This document shows, in pieces, positions 1-6,702 of a stretch of 10,775 nucleotides of DNA (the first letter of the stretch is position 1; every line of letters starts with the position of its first letter). A model generated the notes under the pieces. It was given only the letters and a program-made list of their open reading frames with translations. It made no database searches and was not told the origin of the DNA. Position numbers and translations under genes: made by a program. The DNA is taken from the NCBI GenBank assembly GCA_964584035.1, contig CAZOYL010000092.1, positions 1-10,775 of the forward strand, given 5' to 3'. This DNA comes from an uncultured Gemmatimonadota bacterium (lineage in GTDB: Bacteria; SM23-81).

Positions 1-2
1 CA

Positions 3-590
3 AATGTATTAATTGGTTGTATAGGCGGAGGAAGCAACTTCGGCGGCTTCGCCTTTCCCTTTGTGGCCGATAAGCTCAAGGGTCAGGAGCTGCGCATACT
101 GGCCATCGAGCCGGCCTCCTGTCCGACCGTGACCAAGGGTCCCTTCCGGTACGATTTCGGCGATACCGCCGAGCTGACCCCGTTGCTGAAGATGTACACC
201 CTGGGTCATACCTTTATTCCGCCCGGCATTCACGCCGGAGGCCTGCGCTATCACGGCATGGCCCCGCTGGTCAGCCTGCTGCACGATCAGAAGATCATCG
301 AGGCGGTGGCCTACCACCAGCTGCCCTGTTTCGAGGCGGCCCTGACCTTTGCCCGTACCGAGGGCATCATCCCGGCCCCGGAGACCTCTCATGCCATCCG
401 GGCCGCCATCGACGAGGCCCTGCGCTGCAAGGAAACGGGACAGGAACAGGTCATCGTGTTCAACTTCAGCGGCCACGGACATTTCGATCTGGCCGCCTAC
501 GAGGCCTTCTTCGCCGGCCAGCTGCATAACTACGACTATCCCCGGGAGAAGATCGAGGAGGCGCTGAAGCACCTGCCGGAGATAAAATAG
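3..590 (+). CDS. trpB2: TrpB-like PLP-dependent enzyme (tryptophan synthase beta chain, TrpB2 type), 5'-truncated by the window edge
   Basis: Frame 3 is open from base 3 ([15 protein letters not shown], the PLP phosphate-binding GGGSN loop), so the ORF-track start at 63 is internal. TrpB2 hallmarks: [49 protein letters not shown]. Stop TAG at 588-590. Confidence 0.95.
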   Translation, partial: NVLIGCIGGGSNFGGFAFPFVADKLKGQELRILAIEPASCPTVTKGPFRYDFGDTAELTPLLKMYTLGHTFIPPGIHAGGLRYHGMAPLVSLLHDQKIIEAVAYHQLPCFEAALTFARTEGIIPAPETSHAIRAAIDEALRCKETGQEQVIVFNFSGHGHFDLAAYEAFFAGQLHNYDYPREKIEEALKHLPEIK

Positions 591-602
591 AAAGGCTCTT
601 CT

Positions 603-1655
603 TTGAGCGCTGCGCGTCAAGATCCTGCTCGAAAGGACCTGGATTCCGGGTTCGTCCTGCGCGTCGCCGGGATCATCAGGGAGGCTGTCTCCGGGTCGCT
701 CGATGACCACCGCGGGCGGCTTCCTCAGCGGATAGCCCACAGCGGGGACACCAGCTTCCAGATCGATCTGCTGGCCGAGAAGGCCCTGGCCGACTTCCTG
801 GAGGCCGAGAACCTGCCCCTGGCTCTGTTCACCGAGGACCGCGGCCTGGTCCGGTACGGCACGGGCGAGCCCCGGGGACTGCTGGTGGTCGATCCCATCG
901 ACGGCACCCGGCCGGCTTTAGCCGGCCTGGAAAGCGCCTGCGTATCGGTGGCCCTGGCCGACTATGGTCCCAAACCCCGGCTCGGCGACGTCCGTATCGG
1001 CTGCCTGGTGGAGCTGAGAGGAAGGACCGCTTTCACAGCCGAGCGGGGCAAGGGTGTGGTCATCTCCCATCATCCCCGCGTCCAGACGCCTCGCCCCTCG
1101 TCCACCGAGCGGCTGGAGCATATGTTCTGGTGCTTCGAGCTGGTCGGACGCCCGCCGTTGGAGACCATGGACATCCTCGAGCCTCTGGTCATGGCCAGCG
1201 GTCTGGAAGCCGGCATGTTCCTGCTGAGCAGCTGCACCTACTGTATCTCCCGCATTATCCTGGGCCAGATGGACGCCTATATCGACATCGGCGCCCGCCT
1301 GCTGACCGACCTGCCCGGCATTCGCGATAAATTCCTTCAGGCCGGTCAGGGCCGCGTGGTCTGCCTGTTTCCCTACGATATCGCCGCCGCCGTGCTGGTG
1401 GCCGAGGAGGCCGGCTGTGTCGTCACCGATGCCGCCGGCCGATCCCTGGATGATCTGCCCCTGATCCGGGAACCGCAGGACCCGATGCCCAGCTGCCTGG
1501 TGACCAGCAATGAACGGCTGCACCGGCGCGTGCTGGAGGTGATCGATGAGGGTTTCCTTCGGCTGCAGAAAGAGAGGGCGGGAAGGGCGAACCAGAGGAC
1601 GATCGGGGCAGAGCAGGTGAGCGATCAGGAAGAGACGGACCGGGCCCAGAGATAG
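603..1655 (+). CDS. Inositol monophosphatase / fructose-1,6-bisphosphatase (FIG superfamily) metal-dependent phosphatase
   Basis: Motifs IDLLAE, TEDRG, VVDPIDGT and PYDIAAAVLVAEEAGCVVTD. TTG start with AAAGG (591-595) 7 nt upstream, and 12 nt after the trpB2 stop. Exact start and substrate are uncertain. Confidence 0.88.
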   Translation: MSAARQDPARKDLDSGFVLRVAGIIREAVSGSLDDHRGRLPQRIAHSGDTSFQIDLLAEKALADFLEAENLPLALFTEDRGLVRYGTGEPRGLLVVDPIDGTRPALAGLESACVSVALADYGPKPRLGDVRIGCLVELRGRTAFTAERGKGVVISHHPRVQTPRPSSTERLEHMFWCFELVGRPPLETMDILEPLVMASGLEAGMFLLSSCTYCISRIILGQMDAYIDIGARLLTDLPGIRDKFLQAGQGRVVCLFPYDIAAAVLVAEEAGCVVTDAAGRSLDDLPLIREPQDPMPSCLVTSNERLHRRVLEVIDEGFLRLQKERAGRANQRTIGAEQVSDQEETDRAQR

Positions 1656-3376
1656 GCCAGCAGCCCGCAGAGCAGGAAAACGCCGTCCACCATCAGCTCG
1701 AAAGCGGTGCCCTGGGCGATCACTCGCCGGTGGTAGAGCAGCAGATAGAGAGCCGTGTAGAGAACGCCCACCAGGAGCCAGGCGCTCAGCCCCGGGGTCC
1801 AGCCCAGGGGATCCGACAGGAGCAGCACCACGGCCAGCAGGGCCGTCATCATCACCAGGACGATCTTGGTCTTGCCGATGCCGGCCAGAATGGGAATGGT
1901 CTCCCGGCCGACGATCTGATCGCCCTGGATCTCCTTGATGCTGAACAGCACCGAGCGAATGAAGGCCATCGTGAAAGTGAACGACAGGGCCACGCCGGTG
2001 GCGGCACTCAGGGGAAGGCGAACGGCCAGCAGGGGAGTGATAACGGCTACGATGGCCCAGGCCAGGGCCAGGAAGAGATCTTTTGAGGCCGGGATGTCCT
2101 GAAGGCAGCGATAGCCCAGGAGTCCCGGCCATTTCTTGGGGATCAGGGGAATGCGATAGACCACCCCCAGGACGGACATGGCCAGGATCAGGAGGAACGG
2201 CCAGGTGCCCATCGTCAGGGCAACCAGCAGAGCTGCCAGGGCGGCCAGGGAACCCAGCAGAATAAGGCCTCTCTTGTTCCGGGAGTAAAAGGCCAGCCGG
2301 GCCGGCTCGCTGAATTTAACCGCCGTCCAATCGGTGAAATGATTGAGGATGTGCATGGCGAAGACGTAGCATCCGGCCGTGAGAAGATAACTCCACCGCG
2401 GGGCGATCCCCTGCAGCCGGCAGGTGGCATAGCTCAGGCTCATGGCCCCCAGTCCCACATAGACGTTGCTTTTCACCAGATAGGTGATCTGGTCCCAGAG
2501 AAACTGCAGCCACCGGTTCCGCCGTTCCCCTCGCAACTCCTCCAGCCGATCGACCACCTCCTGAATCAGCCAGTTGGGCGTCGAGGCTCCCGCAGTGACG
2601 CCCACCGTGCCGTAGGGCGCCAAAGCTCCGGCGTCCAGTTCATCGGCCGTCTCCACATGATAGGTGGGGGTGCCGGTCTCCCGGCAGACCTCCGCCAGGC
2701 GGCGGGTGTTGGCGCTGTTGCGTCCCCCTACCACGATCATGGCATCGGTCTCCTCAGCCATAGACCTGGCTTCGCTCTGGCGATGGCCGGTGGAATCGCA
2801 GATGGTGTGAAAGATGAGCGCGTCCGGGTATTTTGCCTTGATGGCCCGGGCGATCTCGTTAAAAGTCTCGACCTCCTGGGTGGTCTGAGCCACCACGCAG
2901 ACCTTGTCGGTATCCGGCAGCTGCGCGATCTCCTCGATCTTTTCCACCACCCGGCCCCGGGAGCCGGCATATCCCAGCAGCCCGGTCACCTCCGAGTGGC
3001 CCCGGTCGCCGACGATGATGGGCACATAACCCTGGCGAACGTGTCTTTTGATAATCGACTGGACCCGCGAGACCCGGGGACAGGTGGCATCGCCCACCCG
3101 GGCGCCGGAGCCGAGGATCTTCCTGCGCTCGTCCGGCGGAACGCCGTGAGAGCGAATGATGACATAGGCGCCACGATCTCCGGAGGGCAGCTCATCGCCG
3201 GGCTGCAGCACCTGAACGCCCTTGGAGGCCAGCATCTCGATGGCCTGAGGGTTATGAATCAGGGGGCCGTAGGTGTACAGCGGTCCTTTTTCCTGATTGG
3301 CCGCTTCCAGGATGAGGTTCATGGCCCGCCGCACGCCGGGGCAGAATCCGGCCGTCTTGGCCAATTTGATGCGCAT
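1625..3376 (-). CDS. ispH: 4-hydroxy-3-methylbut-2-enyl diphosphate reductase (IspH/LytB) fused to a C-terminal UbiA-superfamily-like multi-TM domain, 583 aa
   Basis: The N-terminal ~282 aa carry the IspH motifs AGFCPGV, LIHN, RSHG, DATCP, GHSEV, AQTT, TICDST, VGGRNSANT and GVTAGASTP. The C-terminal ~300 aa are hydrophobic, with UbiA-like ILNHFTD, LQDIPASKD and IQGDQIVGRETIP. Start set at ATG 3376 rather than 3469 because AAGGAG lies just upstream, the promoter sits at 3411-3439 and MRIKLAKTAGFC is a typical IspH N-terminus. Confidence 0.93.
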   Translation of the reverse strand: MRIKLAKTAGFCPGVRRAMNLILEAANQEKGPLYTYGPLIHNPQAIEMLASKGVQVLQPGDELPSGDRGAYVIIRSHGVPPDERRKILGSGARVGDATCPRVSRVQSIIKRHVRQGYVPIIVGDRGHSEVTGLLGYAGSRGRVVEKIEEIAQLPDTDKVCVVAQTTQEVETFNEIARAIKAKYPDALIFHTICDSTGHRQSEARSMAEETDAMIVVGGRNSANTRRLAEVCRETGTPTYHVETADELDAGALAPYGTVGVTAGASTPNWLIQEVVDRLEELRGERRNRWLQFLWDQITYLVKSNVYVGLGAMSLSYATCRLQGIAPRWSYLLTAGCYVFAMHILNHFTDWTAVKFSEPARLAFYSRNKRGLILLGSLAALAALLVALTMGTWPFLLILAMSVLGVVYRIPLIPKKWPGLLGYRCLQDIPASKDLFLALAWAIVAVITPLLAVRLPLSAATGVALSFTFTMAFIRSVLFSIKEIQGDQIVGRETIPILAGIGKTKIVLVMMTALLAVVLLLSDPLGWTPGLSAWLLVGVLYTALYLLLYHRRVIAQGTAFELMVDGVFLLCGLLAYLWARSVSS

Positions 3377-3410
3377 GGAGCTCCTTCGAAAAGATTTCGT
3401 CTGTGCTGAA

Positions 3411-3439
3411 AACATAAACCCTGAGTAATGGTTTGTCAA
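3411..3439 (-). promoter_or_regulatory. Sigma70-type promoter of ispH-ubiA
   Basis: On the minus strand: TTGACA (3439-3434), 17 nt, then TATGTT (3416-3411), ending 34 nt upstream of ATG 3376. Confidence 0.75.
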
Positions 3440-3559
3440 CAGGATTAAGGAAGACAGAACAGGCGGCATGGGCAGTGAAAGCCGGCGGTCGTTCCGGGTC
3501 CTTTCATCGAAGAAAATATCCTAGTATATATAGGCCTATAATTATCAGGGAAATAATCC

Positions 3560-3588
3560 TTGACGAATTCGTTCCAGATGACAATATT
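3560..3588 (+). promoter_or_regulatory. Possible sigma70 promoter of the hdrA-like operon
   Basis: TTGACG at 3560-3565 is followed at 16-17 nt by a weak AT-rich -10 (TGaCAATAT / AATATT, 3579-3588). An alternative perfect TATAAT at 3537-3542 has no good -35. Confidence 0.4.
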
Positions 3589-3620
3589 AGACTTCTGATG
3601 GAACGCGCCATATATTCCGA

Positions 3621-3703
3621 TTCAGCAACGAGGGCTCTGCCGCCGGTCGGCAGATAAACATCTTATATCTGCTTCGGCAGATGAACATCTTGTTACTGCT
3701 GAA
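3621..3703 (+). promoter_or_regulatory. Structured 5' leader (candidate cis-regulatory RNA) upstream of the hdrA-like gene
   Basis: Closing stem TTCAGC/GCTGAA plus AACGAGG/TCTTGTT encloses hairpin TCTGCCG-ccggt-CGGCAGA (3636-3654) and hairpin ATCTGC-TTCG-GCAGAT (3667-3682). Confidence 0.5.
3647..3700. repeat. 27-bp imperfect tandem repeat (2 copies)
   Basis: TCGGCAGATAAACATCTTATATCTGCT (3647-3673) vs TCGGCAGATGAACATCTTGTTACTGCT (3674-3700): 23/27 identical, with 17 of the first 18 nt identical. Confidence 0.85.
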
Positions 3704-3730
3704 AAGATATTCCTTAAAAGGGGGCATCCT

Positions 3731-6682
3731 GTGGCCAATGAGAGCACGGTGTTGATTTACGGAACCAATCTGGGGGGATATCGAGCGGCCTATGCTTTCT
3801 GTAAGAAAGGTTATAAAGTCATTCTGCTGAATCGGGGAAGCTATGTGGATGAGATGCACAATCAGGCTCTGGCCCAGCTTCCCCTCGATTTTTGCTGGAT
3901 CTGCGGTCACATGCCTCAGCGTCTGTTTAAGGCGATCGGCTGTTTGACCGACTGTTACCAGGCGGAATTGCTGGAGGTGTCGGGAAAGGCCGGCCATTTT
4001 AAGGTCAAGTTCAAGACCAAAGCCCAGCTGGTGAATAACTTCGCCTGTGCCGAGTGCGATCGGTGCATCGACATCTGTCCCGTGAAGGTGGGGGACGGCA
4101 AGGCCATCTCGGTGCACCCCGAGGCCGGCTGGGAGAATATTTATCTGATCGATTGGGAGCACTGCACGCGCTGTGGCAAATGCCAGGAGGTCTGTCCCAC
4201 GGGGGCACTGCAGCTCGACCGAGCGGAAGAGATAAGAGAAGTCGATGTCGGCGCCATCGTGCTGGCCCCCGAATATGATCAGCCGACCGATCAAGATCTC
4301 GAGAAATTTGGTTTCGGAAAAACGGCCCATGTGATGAAAAACTCCTCCATCGCCAGAAAATCGGTGCTGACCAATTTTATTCGCGATTCGATCACCCTGC
4401 CGTCAGGGAAGCTGCCCGGACGTATCGGCATCGTCATCACGCCGCAATTCAACGAGCCCGGAAGGGAATTCGAGAATTACAACCTGTCGGTCAGCGCCGT
4501 TTACAGGGCTGTTCGCGTGAAAGAGCTTCTGCCGGATGCCGAGGTGACCGTATTTCTCCGAGATTATCGCGGGTTCGGCAAGAAGCATTACGTCTGGTAT
4601 CGCAAGGCCAGGGATGCCGGAGTCAGAGTGGTGAAAACTCAAAGCCTGCGAATAACGCCGCAAAAGGACACATCCGTCGCCATCGAGTATGAAAGAGACG
4701 GAAACCCCTCAGCCGAAAATATGGAGCTGGCCATCCTGGTTACCGGGCAGAGACCGCCGGTCCTGATGGATCCGCTGTCTCGGATATGCGGCGTTCAGGC
4801 GGATGACTGTGGATTCTGCCGGACTCGGCCGTTTTCCTCCTGCGAGACCGATGTCGATGGGATCTTCGCGGTCGGTGAGTTTACCGGCCCGAAAGGCAAC
4901 CCGGAGACGATATGGGAGGGCTGTGCCGTACTCACCGAGTCTTTGAAGTATCTCGGAGAACCGAACTTTCAACGAGCGGCCCCGCCGGCGTTGAAGGATT
5001 TCGGGGGCCAGAAACCAAGAGTGGGCGTCTTTATCTGCAGTTGTTTCGGCAGCTTCAACGAGCGTATGGATTTAGAGGCGTTGAGGAAAAGAACGGAGCG
5101 CCTGCCGGGCGTTTCTCATGCCGAGATCATCACGGCCTGCTGCACGCCTGACTCCATCGGAGAGACGGCGGAGAAGATCAAGCAATCAGGTGTCAACCGG
5201 GCCGTGCTGGCCGTCTGCACGCCGCTGCAGAAGCTTCTCAAATATCGCAAGACGGTCATGATGGCCGGCCTCAATCCTTTGCTGACCGAATACGTGCGGC
5301 TGCGCGAGGATGTCATCAACGTCCATAAGGACCGTGACAAGATGCTGGAGAAGGCCCTTGCCCTGATCAGGGTCGGGATCGAGAAAACCAGAAAGGGAAC
5401 CCAGCTGTCTCCTCCAACCGATCCCTTTACGCCTCACGCCCTGGTCGTCGGGGCCGGCCTTTCCGGGCTGGCCGCCGCCGATGGCATCGCTTCGAACGGC
5501 TTCACGGTAACCCTGGTGGAGGGCACGGATACGCTCGGCGGGCACAGTGAATATCTCCAGCCGGAACAGAAAGAGTATCTGCTGAACCTGACCTCGAAGG
5601 TCACGGCCGCCCCCGGTATCGCTGTCTATCGGAAGGCGGTCCTGAAAGAGGTGACCGGCTACGCGGGCAATTTTAAGGTGACCATCGACACGCCGGAAGG
5701 GGATGTCTTTGTGGATAGCGGCGTGATCGTGCTGGCGACCGGGGCCGGGGAATATCGCTCGGATAAATTTCTCTATGGCGAGGACCCCGGAGTGCTCACG
5801 CAGCTTGAGATGAAAGAGCGTCTTCCGGAACTCCTCGCTGCCCATAGCGGAACCCTGAGAGTGGCGATGATTCAATGTGTCGGCTCAAAGGATGACGAAC
5901 ACCCCTATTGCTCCAGGATCTGCTGCCGTCAGGCTCTGGATAATGCCATCGCGCTCGGAAAGAAAAAAGCCGAGGTGACCGTTTTCTATCGAGACATGAC
6001 CGTGTACGGTCCGGAAGATCTCTACCGTCAAGCGCTGGATCAAGGCATCAGGTTTGTCAGGTTTGACGGCCGGCACTACCCTGAAGTGCGGAAGACAAAA
6101 GGCGGCCTGGAGGTCGCGACAGCCGATGGAAACCAGCAGGAGTTTGACCTGGTCGTATTGAGCCCGGGCATTGTGCCGGACAGGACGAATAACGAGGAGC
6201 TGTCTTCTCTTCTGGGACATCCTCTCGACGGGGACGGCTTTTTCGATTCGGATGCCAACGCCTATCCTTACGAGGAGGCCATCAAGAGGCTGACGAAACC
6301 ATACGAGTGGGCGACCAACTGCATCTTTCCGGTGGGGCTGGCACATTCTCCCAGGGGATTTGCGGGGTGCCTGCTGACGGCCCGCGATGCGGCCGGTCGA
6401 GCGTTGACCATTCTCGGAAAGAAACGGATGCCGCCGCCCAACGCCATGTATCTGGCGGCGGTCAAGGAATCTTTCTGTATGGGTTGTGGTATCTGTGTGG
6501 ACGCCTGCTCATACTCTGCCAGGCACATCGATCCGCAACGGAAGGTGGCCGTGGTCCATCCCTTCCTGTGTGATTCGTGCGGTTCCTGTGTGGCCATCTG
6601 TCCCAACGATGCCTCCTATCTGACCGATTTTAAAAGCAGCCAGCCCATCGCGGCACTCGATGTCTTGCTGGGCACTGAATGA
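3731..6682 (+). CDS. hdrA: Large heterodisulfide reductase subunit A-like FAD/Fe-S oxidoreductase (two fused HdrA modules, polyferredoxin), 983 aa
   Basis: GTG start with AAAGGGGG upstream. Ferredoxin motifs CAECDRCIDICP, CTRCGKCQEVCP, CMGCGICVDACS and CDSCGSCVAICP. HdrA N-domain-like RVGVFICSC...ACC...VLAVCTP. Second module has ALVVGAGLSG, VLATG and IQCVGSKD...YCSRICC. Confidence 0.9.
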   Translation: MANESTVLIYGTNLGGYRAAYAFCKKGYKVILLNRGSYVDEMHNQALAQLPLDFCWICGHMPQRLFKAIGCLTDCYQAELLEVSGKAGHFKVKFKTKAQLVNNFACAECDRCIDICPVKVGDGKAISVHPEAGWENIYLIDWEHCTRCGKCQEVCPTGALQLDRAEEIREVDVGAIVLAPEYDQPTDQDLEKFGFGKTAHVMKNSSIARKSVLTNFIRDSITLPSGKLPGRIGIVITPQFNEPGREFENYNLSVSAVYRAVRVKELLPDAEVTVFLRDYRGFGKKHYVWYRKARDAGVRVVKTQSLRITPQKDTSVAIEYERDGNPSAENMELAILVTGQRPPVLMDPLSRICGVQADDCGFCRTRPFSSCETDVDGIFAVGEFTGPKGNPETIWEGCAVLTESLKYLGEPNFQRAAPPALKDFGGQKPRVGVFICSCFGSFNERMDLEALRKRTERLPGVSHAEIITACCTPDSIGETAEKIKQSGVNRAVLAVCTPLQKLLKYRKTVMMAGLNPLLTEYVRLREDVINVHKDRDKMLEKALALIRVGIEKTRKGTQLSPPTDPFTPHALVVGAGLSGLAAADGIASNGFTVTLVEGTDTLGGHSEYLQPEQKEYLLNLTSKVTAAPGIAVYRKAVLKEVTGYAGNFKVTIDTPEGDVFVDSGVIVLATGAGEYRSDKFLYGEDPGVLTQLEMKERLPELLAAHSGTLRVAMIQCVGSKDDEHPYCSRICCRQALDNAIALGKKKAEVTVFYRDMTVYGPEDLYRQALDQGIRFVRFDGRHYPEVRKTKGGLEVATADGNQQEFDLVVLSPGIVPDRTNNEELSSLLGHPLDGDGFFDSDANAYPYEEAIKRLTKPYEWATNCIFPVGLAHSPRGFAGCLLTARDAAGRALTILGKKRMPPPNAMYLAAVKESFCMGCGICVDACSYSARHIDPQRKVAVVHPFLCDSCGSCVAICPNDASYLTDFKSSQPIAALDVLLGTE

Positions 6683-6702
6683 TCCCACAAAAAGGAGTGG
6701 GC

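Noticed and set aside
9..3409. Long antisense/alternate-frame ORFs (9-740, 918-2132, 2339-3409 and shorter ones)
   Set aside because: These are shadows of GC-rich real genes, with no recognisable motifs.
3377..3469. 31-aa N-terminal extension of IspH in the ORF track
   Set aside because: It spans the gene's own -35/-10 promoter. ATG 3376 has a Shine-Dalgarno and the normal IspH N-terminus.
3433..3657. 74-aa ORF in the divergent intergenic region
   Set aside because: TTG start, no recognisable family, atypical composition, and it runs through promoter-like DNA.
3647..3700. 27-bp repeat as a CRISPR array
   Set aside because: Only two abutting copies, with no spacers and no cas genes.
3541..3710. 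Superficial SAM-I riboswitch resemblance (TTATCAG, TTCAGCAAC, TGCT...AAGAT)
   Set aside because: It lacks the GAGGGA...GGCCC kink-turn/pseudoknot elements and the spacing does not fit. An Rfam scan would settle it.
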